Assembly (NCBI GenBank): GCA_000708835.1
Contig: DF237108.1
Coordinates: forward strand, 100,668 to 164,667
From: Klebsormidium nitens
Taxonomy: Eukaryota; Plantae; Klebsormidiophyceae
DNA: 64,000 bases
Direction: 5' to 3'
Positions within the stretch are counted from its first letter, which is position 1. Every line of letters starts with the position of its first letter. Of this stretch, positions 10,716 to 21,496 are shown one piece after another. Under the pieces are notes generated by a model. That model worked only from the letters and a program-made list of their open reading frames with translations. It was not told the origin of the DNA and did not search any database. Position numbers and translations under genes: made by a program.

Positions 10716-13700
10716 TTATCTGCAGCTACTCAGAGACAGGCCGCCGCATATTAGAGAGATGAAAATGTACAGCACCAATAGGATCACTGCCGTCAACACA
10801 GCCCTGCAGGAACGATGATTTTGCTGGTCAGCGGATGTCTTCAGATTCTGAAGAAAGCTTGAGGATAGTAGAACACCAGTGTAACTTGCGCAAGTCAACG
10901 AAAACGGATCGTGCCTTAGCGCAAGGAGGGTTCCGGATCCAAGGAAAGTTGGACTCGACCTTCGCCTAATCGGATGCTTGAACAGACAAAGAAACCCTCG
11001 AGTATCCGGAACCTCTGCTTGAAGAATAACGCGGAATGGACTCCGCACTCCGAGCCGCCATATCTATCAGTTCAACGCACTTCAGGCCCTAAAAGGTAAG
11101 CATCTTTTTGCCTTGCGAATCGAACATCTGATACAGCTCGTGATCCTACCGAAGCTCGGAGGCAGGTCAACAGAAAGACAAACACGTTTCAACATCATAC
11201 GAAAGTACGTTCTCGTCAGCTCACGTCAGCTTGGCGTTCTTGAGCCACATGGCCTGCTTGAGGCGCCGCGACTGCTTCTTGAACCGGAACGCGTCGCCTT
11301 GCAGGGAGTCCGTCTTGTCGACCAGCAGCTCAATCTTCTCGCCCCGCTCCAGGACCTTGTCTATGTTCTCAACCATTACGCTCTTGACCTGAATCGAGGG
11401 AAGGATTGAAGTTAGTCAATCAGACCAAAACTGACAGAGTAGGAAAGTCCGTCTGGTTGATCAGCAGCAACATTTTCCCGCCCCACTCCAGGTCGTTGTT
11501 TACAATCTCCACCAGCACCCTCTTGACCTGGTTCAAGAGAAAGGCTAACCTACGAACGGAACCCACAGCATGGTTTTTGCCTTGAGAGACTTACTCGGAA
11601 TCCAGTTCTGAAGCTAAACCTTCCATCTTACCGGACCTTAAAGAACGTCTCCTCTGATTATCACGGACAATCTGGACCCCTCCGCCTTTTCAATCCTGGT
11701 CGACATTAGCAATTCAATTCGTTTCGCACGTGGGAGAATTCGACGATTGAATGACAAGAGCAACGCTCGATGACACTGCGTGCCTGGTTCCTCACCCCAG
11801 CAATCTACCCCCCGCGCCCACTTGAAAGTGTCAGCATTGGGATTGTGTTCTACAATCTTACAAGAGTAAAATGGATTGCTGCGGGGCCTAATTCCTCTCA
11901 CCTCCGCAATTCGTCCCTGCACCCTGTTCATGGTGTGGGCATTTGGATTCGGTTATGACGATATAAAAGAGCGAAAAGAAATTCTATCACGCCTAGTTCC
12001 TTAACTATGCAATCTCCCCCCGCACCCGATTGATGGTGTCGGCCTGAAACTTCTTCCGTCACATTGAAGAGCAAAACAAGTCGCGGCCGAGCTTAGTCCT
12101 CTTGCTTCTGCAACCTTCCCCCGCACCCGGTCAGTCACGTCGGAAGTGGCTTTCCTTCTCAAGATCTCGCAAGAACGAAACGCATTGCTGCCATGCTCAC
12201 TTCCTCTGCAATCTTCCCACGTACCCAATTAATGGCGTTCGCATAGCCTTCAATCCCAACAGTTCAAAACAGCAAAATGGATTTGCTGTCACGCCTAGCT
12301 CCTCTCAGCTCTGCAATCTCCCTTCGAACCCGGTTGATGGTGTTGGCATCAAAAAGCAGAACGGGTTTGCTGCCGCGTGTAGTTTCTCTCACCTCTGCAA
12401 TCCTCTGGTTGACGGGATCTGGCTCCTTCTGTACGATCAAACGAGCCAACCAAAACGCTGCCGCCCCTAGTTCCTCTTACCTCAGCAATCTCCCCCCGCA
12501 CCCGATTGATGGTGTCGGCATTCGGGTTAGTCGAGAAGTACTCCATCTGCTGCGAGAGCACGCGCGAGAACTCGTCGTTCATCGCGTACGCGAGCGCGGT
12601 CTGCGCGACGCGGCCGTACGTCTTGGAGAAGCGCGTGCTGATCTCCTCCAGAAACGCAAACGGTATCCGCCCTGCAGGGAAGAGATTGCTTCAGCCATCT
12701 TGCGTTCTGCTTTTCGAAGTCGAAGGTAACGACCCTAGATCCTCCTCGTGGCAGATAAGGAGTTCTCCGCCAAGAAAACGAACGATATCCGCCCTCACGA
12801 AAAGGGTTCGTGGTGACCTTTCTTCCACAAGTTCTGTACTCCCCTTCCCTTCACTCTTAGGGCTTCTTACCGATGCAAAAGCGCACGGCAGTGCTCCAGA
12901 AAGAAAAACCACAATTTGCTGTGCAATACATCACACTTGTGACCCTGTCTAAATCGTCTCTCACAAACAATCCTTATGGAGGGCGTCTAGAATTTCCTCG
13001 TGGCTTGGCAAAAACGTTCGAGGCAGTCATACCAGCTTTTCAATGCCTTCAGAATACCAAAACGGTCTGCTGATGACAAAGCGGAATCAAGGGCGCTCAG
13101 TCACTTCTGGAATGAGGTTTGGGATTTTGAGGGGGTCGACTTCATCCATATTTGGATAGCAAGAGGGGTGGCTGACTAGAGGGGTTCAGAAAAGGCGGTG
13201 GAGGAGGCCCTCGCCCAATGGCTATAGGGAAGAAAGTGAGGTCAGCTTTAGTATTTCCAAAAAGGTGTGAAGAGCGTAGGCTGCTAGGAAGGCTAGACTT
13301 GATGGGGCAAAAGAATCCCAGACCAGGGTTTCCACACAAACCTCGCCATGTCACTTATTCCAACAGCCCCTCGGTGTCAGTCCCGAGATTACTAAGTATC
13401 CTTCATCCCGCTCTGACAGCTGGATATATGATGGAAGACGACGAGGCAGGAAGCTTACTTCCAAAGGCGTCGTTGACCATGCAGAGGTAGATGATCCCTC
13501 CTGATCGCAAGATGTGGAAGATATGTCGTTCCTGCAAGGCCCATTTGATCGTTTGTCAGACAAAATTGGTGCAGCTGCTGAAGACCTAGGAACTTTGTTC
13601 TTTCCTAGCAATGAGCAGCAAATGACAAACGAGAACAAGCAAAGCGACAAGCTGACGAGCTGACGTATACCTCTTCTTCCTGTCAAGCAGTTACGAACCA

Positions 13701-14430
13701 AGGACAGATGATTTAAGTTTTGGAAAGAGAGCCGCCAATGACTTTCTACACATAATTGCGCAAGTCAAGCATTGCAGGGTGGATTTGACCCTCTCAAATT
13801 CGTTGAGTTGCCCGACAAATTACCGGCCCATCTTTCATCCACCAGCAATGCAAATCAAGATAGAATTAGGGCGTCAGGTCTGAGATGTGCTGTTTGGTGG
13901 GAGACTTTCAATCAATACAGTCAAAAGCCCACTTTGCCCCCTCAACGGTGCACAACAGGCACGCCCGCAACGGAAAAACCCGGCTCGTGGGCGAAAAGGG
14001 GCTCAAAGGGAACTGCAATACTTTGATGCCGACATGGGTAAGCAGAAGGCTTGGAAGAAGAGGCACGAGAGGCATTCTCATTTGTGGGTGATGTTTTCCA
14101 ATCAAAACAGCACGACTTTGAGAAGTCTCAACTCGTTCATAGAAAAAGCGCAAATCTCTGCAGGATGCCACATTTCTATTGACGTCACCAGTAGGGGTGA
14201 CCATTTCTCCATGTTAAAGGGAGCCCAGGAGATGTTCATCTTGTGCAACTGGACCTCCCCCCCTGTTTTGAACCTGACTAACATACCTGGGAGTAGGAGG
14301 CCCGCGTGTCCCCACCCTCAGGAAACTTCTCGAGAATGCGCCGAGCAATGGAGCTCGCATTGCCGGCCGAGGCGCTGAACTCTGCGAGCACCACAGTGCC
14401 CCGTGCCACAAGGGAGTACAAGATAGGCAT
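10716..14430 (-). CDS. VAMP71: Longin R-SNARE VAMP7/VAMP71 family, 5 exons
   Basis: Exons 14430-14287 (MPILYSLVARGTVVLAEFS...ASYSQ), 13531-13459 (ERHIFHILRSGGIIYLCMVNDAFG), 12671-12481 (RIPFAFLEEISTRF...AYAMNDEFSRVLSQQMEYFSTNPNADTINRVRGEIAE), 11388-11225 (VKSVMVENIDKVLERGEKIELLVDKT...MWLKNAKL) and 10803-10716 (TM helix AVLTAVILLVLYIFISLICGG). GT-AG introns with consistent phases. Confidence 0.95.
11446..11735 (-). repeat. Degenerate intronic copies of the VAMP71 exon-4 acceptor and exon start
   Basis: 11446-11535 (minus: ccag|gtcaagagggtgctggtggagattgtaaacaacgacctggag...) aligns to the real ttcag|gtcaagagcgtaatggttgagaacatagacaaggtcctggag. A more decayed copy at ~11700-11735 reads RAKRIELL versus the real GEKIELL. 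Confidence 0.8.
11780..12520 (-). repeat. ~100-bp tandem array (~7 degenerate copies) of the VAMP71 exon-3 end plus 5' splice site
   Basis: The plus-strand motif (ctct)gcaat(ctccc...cgcacccg.ttgatggtgt.ggc) recurs at ~12485 (real exon), 12395, 12314, 12208, 12109, 12010, 11905 and 11800. Confidence 0.9.
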
Positions 14431-15489
14431 GCTGCCCTTCTGAAGCTCGGAGATTAGAAGTTCAGTGATTTGAGTAGTGAGTTTTGGATCTTTCTTCCGC
14501 AAACTCTGGACTCAGAACAAGCGTATACTCCGGTATTATGGCTTCTATCTTTCAAACTGATGGAACGGTCGTGACAATTCTTGCTTCTTTGCTAATAGGA
14601 CGACCTTCTACGAGGCACACTCGGTTTCAATTCCCGCGACGGCCTTTCAAACCTACAGGGTGAGGTGCTGCTTGCATGGCCTGGTAGCAGCAGACTTTAC
14701 TTTCCCAGAACGTTTTACAACAAGCAAGTGTCGCTGTTCAAAAACAATAAAAGACTGGATTTCATGTCAGCAGCGAGGACTCTTCTTGGCCAACTAAAAA
14801 TATGTGCCGACTAATCTTCGAGCTTAAATCCTGCTCTCAAGAGTGCCTCACAACGGGCAACAAGCAGATGCGAGCTGATTTGAAGCCTTAGGGCGTCCTG
14901 ACTTCTCATGTACAAGTGATTTTCCGACTCCCTGCATGCTGCAATCGAGATTGAAGCTTGTCTTGGCTCAAATATCCTTAGGGTGAAAGAGTTGATTCGT
15001 ATGCCGTAGCTCGTTTCTAAGCCTTGAAATTCCTTAACTGGTCAAGCCAAACCGAGTTGTAGGAGCCCGCTTTTGCTACGGCTAATCTACGCTAAACCCG
15101 TATCGTTAGACACAAACCAGGATACGGACGGTTTAGAAGGAGCCATGAAATTAACGAGCAGCTGCAACTTGCAAGCGGGCAGAAACAGGAAGGAGAAGGG
15201 TCATAAATTATAATTTAATTTTGGGCCTTCATGGAAGAACTTCAACAAGAAGAAGGGCAGAAGTGCTTTGGAAATTGAAGGGTAGGTTTTGTAGCTTTGA
15301 CTTGAACTTGGACGTTGTACTAGTAGCGCCATCACAGGCATTGCAGTTTGTCCACAAAAGTAAAAGTATCCTTATTGAATCCTTCATGTGAGAAGCACTC
15401 TTCGAGGTGGTCGCATAGATAGCAAACAATTGCAACAAACTTTTCGCTTCCTTCACCAGCAAAACTTGTGATTTTGTTCAGCTAGCATC

Positions 15490-18400
15490 ATGTTCAACAA
15501 AAAGAAAAACTTCCGGCGCAAAGTCTCGGACAGTGAGCAGGAGGATGGGGCGGGCGGAGATAATGACCAGGGCGTCAGGGTTAAGGAGAAAACCAAGGTT
15601 AAGGAGAGCAAACCGCGGGCGCCGAGTTTGCTCAGCTTTGGGGGGGATGCAGAGGAGGACGGGGATGCATCGGGGGCGGGGGTGAAGCTGAAAAAGGAAA
15701 AGAAGAAAAGCATGGTGCCTAGTCACAAAGCCCTCGGGAGTGCAACTAGAGGGGGGGGTGAAAAGCCGGCGAGTGGGCTGCAGCCTGCGGCGGGCGAGTA
15801 CACGGCGGAACGGCTGGCAGAGTTGAAAAGCGGGTTGAGGACGATACCCGGGGGGTTTGCGAAGGAGCCCGAGCCGATAATGGTGCTCAAGGGGGGATTT
15901 AAACCTGCGGACTTGGCAGAGAAAGAAGCCCCCCTGAAAGAGAGGAGTAATCCAGATGCGGCGGGAGTCAGACCCAGCGGTCTGGAGGATTTAACCAGCG
16001 GGTTAGGCAAGGGTTTGTCGTACATCCCCGACGAAGACATGATCCGTGCAGCGAAACTGAAGCGGGAGAAGCTGAGGCAGGCGCAGGCTGCCCCCGATTA
16101 TGTTCCGCTCGCTTCAGGGGCGCCCAGCGACAGGCTGGACAAGTACACGGGCGCTGACCCCCCGGAAAGGAAAGAGGACGCCGAGAGCAGTGAGGACGAG
16201 GGGGAAGTGCGCACGCGAATGTCGTTTTTGGGGGACGTAAAAAAACTAGGGGGGGTGGCTGAGAAGGGCGTTTTTGGGGGGGGGGAGCAGCAGATGGATC
16301 ATGATGACGAAGAAGAGGATCGGTGGGAGATGGAACAGATGAGAAAAGCGGTGAAGGCCGTCAAGTCGAAGGACGAGAAGAAGGCGCAGGGGGGGGGATC
16401 CGGGTGGGGCGATCTGTTGCAGAAGCGGAACATTCTCTCGATCTCCAACCAGGGTGAATCGGCGGTGAAAAGCTTGCGAGAGACGCTGTTCAAGATGAAG
16501 GAGAGCGAGGCGCGCGCGCGCGCCGCGCTGCGGCAGAACGAGGAGCGGGTCCAAAGCGCGGAGGAGAGCGTCCGGGAACTAGAGCGGGGAATGACCGAGT
16601 CGTCCGAGCGGTACGTCTACGTCCAGAAGCTGCGGGACTACGTCGCGGAACTGTGCGACTGTCTTCGCGACAAGGGCGCACTGATCGAAGAACTTGAGGA
16701 GCAGATGCAGAGACTCCAGGAGGAGCGCGCGTCAGCGTTAGCCGAGCGACGGGCCGCTGACGTCAGCGCTGAGGTGGCGGAGTCCGAGGCCGCCACGTCA
16801 GCGGCGATGGCCGCTCTGGGGCGCGGGGCGGGGGCCCTGGCCGCGAGCGTCGCGGCCGCTGAGGCTGCTGCCCGGGTTAGGGACGGGTTAGAGCTAACTT
16901 CTCAGGTGGACGAGTTTGGGCGTGATGTCAATCTGCAGAAACGGATGGAGGCGCGGAGAAGAGCAGAAGCGCGGGCGCGCCGGCGGGCGCGCGCGCAGGC
17001 GAGGCGCGCGGAGCGAACTCCCGGGCGGGGGGCGCATGCGAACGGGAACGGGAGAGCTTCCTCTCCTTCGGAGGGGGACCGGTTGGACGGCGAGACGTCC
17101 TCTTCGGAGAGCGAGGACGAAGTCTCGGCGTTTGAGAAGGGGCGCGGGGAGCTCGTCCTGGCGGCCGAAGCCGTGTTCCGGGATGCCGACGAAGAGTTCC
17201 GAACGCTTGCCAAAGTGAAAGAGCGGCTCGAGGAGTGGAAGCGGAAATACCCCGCCGCGTATCGAGACGCGTACGTGTCGCTCAGCGCGCCGGCCCTCTT
17301 TGCGCCGTATGTGAAGCTGGAGCTACTGAAGTGGGATCCGTTACATGGGGAGGCAGGGTTTGACGGCGTGCGGTGGTATCAGGAGTTGTTCGAGTACGGA
17401 ATGGGAAACTCGAACGGAGCGGAGCCGGATCCGGATGATGCGGACGCAAACATGGTGCCGACGCTGATCGAGAAGGTGCGTGTTTCTTGCAGCTGATTCT
17501 TGATCTCTGGTCGTTTTCCATTTTTCTCGTAGCGCTCGCTGACAGGTCGCATGTCTTTCTCTTGACGACAACATGCAACTTTTCCCCTTCTTTCTCACAA
17601 GTTGCATTCCCTATCTTACTCCACCTAACCACCAACTGCTGATACTCCAAGCAGAAAACGGACCGTCGAATCTCTCGCTGCCGTGTCCGAAAGGCAAAAA
17701 TCTGCTCGGAGTTCTCAGTCTCCCGCTACTCACTTCCCCGCTTTCTCTGTCAGAACCCGCGAAAAGGAGACCGTGGCTTCCAATCTCCATTCTGGACCTT
17801 CACTCCGTTTCGTACTCTGTGTGCGCAGAGCTCAAATTTGAGTGGTTAACGTGACGGGTCAACCGAGTGCTTTCGTTGATAACTGGTCACAGTCCCTGGT
17901 CTGCGCAAGACGATCTTAACCCTTGTTTCAGATTTAACTGGTTCTGAGGTTACGGTACTGCGGGGTTCCATGAGTTACGCGTGCCATCCCTAGCCTGCTG
18001 GAGATCCAAAATCTGAGATTGGAGTCCACGTTTTCCTTTCAAGGATCCGTCAGGTCATGTTTTCCATCGTACTGCCGATCGCTTGCCGCCAAGACCCTCA
18101 AAGCACAAAACCGACCCTCCGCATCTCCGCTGCTATGTCCGAATTCCGAACCCGCAAACATTCTGATTCATTCTGATTCGTCTCTTTGCCGCTGTCTCTC
18201 TTCAGGTCGCGCTCCCTGTCTTACCCCACCCGATTACCTCCTGCTAGGACCCCCAAAGCACGAAACGGACCGTCCGAATCGTCGCTGCCATGTCCGAGAT
18301 CCGTTCTGAAAACCCTCTTCTTTCTCCTACAGGTCGCGCTTCCCATCCTACTCCGCCTGATTACCTACTGCCAGGACCCGCAATGCACGAAACGAACCGT

Positions 18401-19643
18401 CCGATTCGCCTCCGCCGTGTCCGAAATTGTTTCCAAAAACTCCTTTTTTCTTTACAGGTCGCGCTTCCCGTCTTACTGCACCTGATCACCTACTGCTGGG
18501 ACCCCCAAAGCGCCCAACGGACCGTCCGAATCGCGGCCGCCGTCCAAAATCCCCTCTAAAAAGTTCCCTCTTTTTCTATTACAGGTCGCGCTCCCCATCT
18601 TACTCCACCTGATCACTTACTGCTGGGATCCCCAAAGCACGAAACGGACCGTCCAAATTGCCGCTGCCGTGTCCGAAGTCCAGATCTACGTGCCCCCCGA
18701 GTCCGAACCCGTCCGAGATTTACTCTCCGCCGTCCGATCCCGGATTGCTGACGTGGTCGAGAAGCTGGTCGTGCCCGCGTGGACACCAGCGCTTTTGGCA
18801 GCCGCACCCCAGGTGTGAATACCCTCTTTTTGGTTGCACATGTTTTGAGTTAACAGGGCGAGCTTTGCAGGTGTGAAAAGAGTGCGGTCGTGAGGGCTTT
18901 TTGACGCCTGTACGAGCGTTTGCTTGCTTGTGAATTGCTGCCCTGGTAAGTGTAGATTAAAGGCAGCCCATGTTCGCTTTCGAAAGCCTACCTTATAGAT
19001 CATAGCAAGCAGAGAAGGTGTTGATAACAAAGAACGCGAGCATTACGAAAAGCGGAAGAGCGGGCAATTGCACTTATGAGTAAAGAGAAAGCACTTTTTT
19101 GTTATAACAACCACCCCCGATCGAATTTTGGGTCTCTTTGATTACTGATGTAGATGTGAACGCCGTTAGGATCGAACGACTTCTTGAGCCACCTTTTTGC
19201 CTTCTCAGGCCGTTGCGGTTTCTGCCGAACACTTTGGCGCCGCAGTGCGCGTCCTCCGCAACATCGTTCTCTGGCGCGACATCTTGCCTCCCGGCGACCT
19301 CGAAACCCTGGCGCTCGACCAGCTGGTCGCCGCAAAACTGCTCCCCCACCTCAGGACGCTCCTGACGACGCCTTCGGACGCTCTCTTGCGGACGGGCCGG
19401 CTGGTGTCCGCGCTTGCGGGCGCGTTCACAAAACGGGGGGAGGGTTTCGCTGCCAAATTGGCCCCCCTGGTGGAGTTTTTGGACGTCATGGGGAGGGCGC
19501 TGGAGGGGCGGAAAGCCGCGGGGGCCGCGTTTGAGGACACGTTGACGCAGGCAGAGCGGTTGAGGAGATTGTTCGTGGAACTAGAGGCGCGGGACAAGGC
19601 CCGGCGGCTGGCCAAGTCGTTCGGGCTGAAAGAGGAGCAGTAG
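15490..19643 (+). CDS. ILP1: GC-rich sequence DNA-binding factor-like protein (ILP1/PAXBP1/GCFC; Ntr2-like spliceosome disassembly factor), 3 exons
   Basis: Exons 15490-17475, 18585-18812 and 19209-19643, all phase 0. Motifs: KNFRRK, SLLSFG, GEYTAERLAELK, IPDEDMIRAAKLKREKLRQAQAAPDYVPL, YVYVQKLRDYVAELCDCLRDKGALIEELE, DEFGRDVNLQKR, VFRDADEEFRTLAKVKERLEEWKRKYPAAYRDAYVSLSAPALFAPYVKLELLKWDPL. Confidence 0.9.
17540..18680 (+). repeat. Tandem degenerate copies of the ILP1 exon-2 acceptor plus first ~90 nt of the exon, inside intron 1
   Basis: Polypyrimidine tract + cag|gtcgcgct... occurs at 18205, 18332, 18457 and the real site 18584 (period 125-127 bp). Older copies lie at ~18053, ~17600 and ~17545. 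Confidence 0.92.
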
Positions 19644-21496
19644 CGAAAGTCGGATGCGCTGTGCTTTGCACACTTTCGTACAACATGTATATTTCCGCTG
19701 CCAAAATCGGTGGGTACCAAGTCTTGGTGACTTGCTTTGTGGACTGTCGGATCAGGTCGTTTTCTGCCGTGTACGGTCCGGAACGAGGGCAATGCCGGTC
19801 TTAATCTACATTGTGTTGGTCCCTGCTTTTTGGCCTTCAGTGCGCACCCAGTTTGAGGAAGAACCCAGTTGACAGGGTTGCCTGGGCGCGGAGCATATCA
19901 GCGTGCACATTGTAGAAGTTGCAACGGCTTATGCAACCACCGATGTACCGAGTTGGGCCTTGAAGGCAACGGTCCTTGCACTCCGCGCAGCACTTGAAAT
20001 CAGCAATGGTTGATTACGGCTCCCGCTGCTGCGTGGTGATACGTTTCCTTTCATGAAAGCCAGGGTCGTTACTTCGAAGCAATGGTGAGCTTTACATCAG
20101 CTAGACCTCTAGCTCAGCATGCCCCGACCCCGGCCAGCCCGGCCGGCCGAGCTAGGATGAAAAGTTCTTGGCCATGTCTACGTATTCTTGCAAGCCGCCA
20201 GAGCTTCACGGCCGAGTATGCAGAGAGTAGGTTTTAGAGCTTAGAATGATCCGCCCTTGATAGAAAGAAACTCCGTGTAGGGTGCAGCCGTCTGTAGCAT
20301 CAGAGCGAACCGCAGGGCCATGCCTACCATATACCTCCACTGTCCGTCTATAACCTGATTGCGGCACTTGGCATGCTTGGCAGTGCATGGCCGGCGATCT
20401 TTCTAATGATCATGGCGTACTAACAGGAGGCTCAGTGCATCCGCGCAGCTGGAATATCGGAGTGTTATAGACTGCAATCTATGACCTTCATGCATTAGCT
20501 TGTGATCTCACATAGCTTGAAATGTCCAATTAGATGCTTCAAGATTGAAAACACAATTCACATACAAACCCATGCACTGTCGGTCAACGTTGATTGGGGC
20601 ACGCTTGATACCGCTGTAGACCAGTACTTTTATCTAATGCTGTGAGTCACGACACATCAGTGTGGGTCGGATGCATGGAGCTGAAGCCTGGCAAAGAGCT
20701 AGAACTATGAGCAGCCAAGCCGCGGCAGGGCCGCCATTCAAATTTGTTCAACCACGATTGCAAGCCTCGTTTGTTCTCTATTTTAGCATGGTCTTGAAAG
20801 TTCGCTTGTGGGCCCACTGACTCGGAGCTTACATGGATGACAATCCCGATTTACAAAACACGTTAATAACAATCTAACAAATCCTATACTCCTTATACCC
20901 GACTTGGAACCTATACTTGCTGCAACGTTATTTCCAGTATGTACGATGATTTGAAGGCGAGAAACGACCGGAACAAGCTCCACTTGTTCAATTACATTCT
21001 AGTTGGGCTCAAAGTGGCAATCCGCTCGCCCTCGCCCAAGAGACGCGCATGGATGCTTCGACAATGGCAGGCCGCCTCTTGACCCATCCACACAGTGAGC
21101 ATCCAAATGCACGCATCAATCCGACATCATCTCCACCCGCCAATCAGTGGTGGCCTCGCCTCTCACATCCCGCTCACCGAGTTACCTCCGTAGCACTACT
21201 AAGCCTGCCCCCAACAGCCCCAGTTGCTGCTCTCCGCTAACCCCCCGAAAACGTCATCTTCGCTGGTATGACATCAGCGCCATGTTACCCGACGGCCGAC
21301 TCTCCCCTTGCCTCAAACCCTTTCCCGCGAGAAAGGACGTTCTCGAGCACGGCTATATTGGCCCCCAGGCCGGCACCCTTGCATATTTGAGAGTCGTCCT
21401 AACCGGAGCCAACCCGAATGAGGCCAGGTTTGACCAAACCCCTCTTAACCATACCGTATGGTCATCCCCCGCAACTCTGTTGAAACCCTTCGTTCT

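Noticed and set aside
15366-15481. Possible U12-type intron (GTATCCTT ... TTCCTTCAC) in the ILP1 5' region
   Set aside because: About two GTATCCTT 8-mers are expected by chance in 64 kb on both strands, three were seen, and the branch-to-AG spacing is atypical.
15723-17213. Several antisense ORFs over ILP1 exon 1 (and similarly over BELL, ARH and G8 exons)
   Set aside because: Shadow ORFs caused by GC-rich codon usage on the sense strand.
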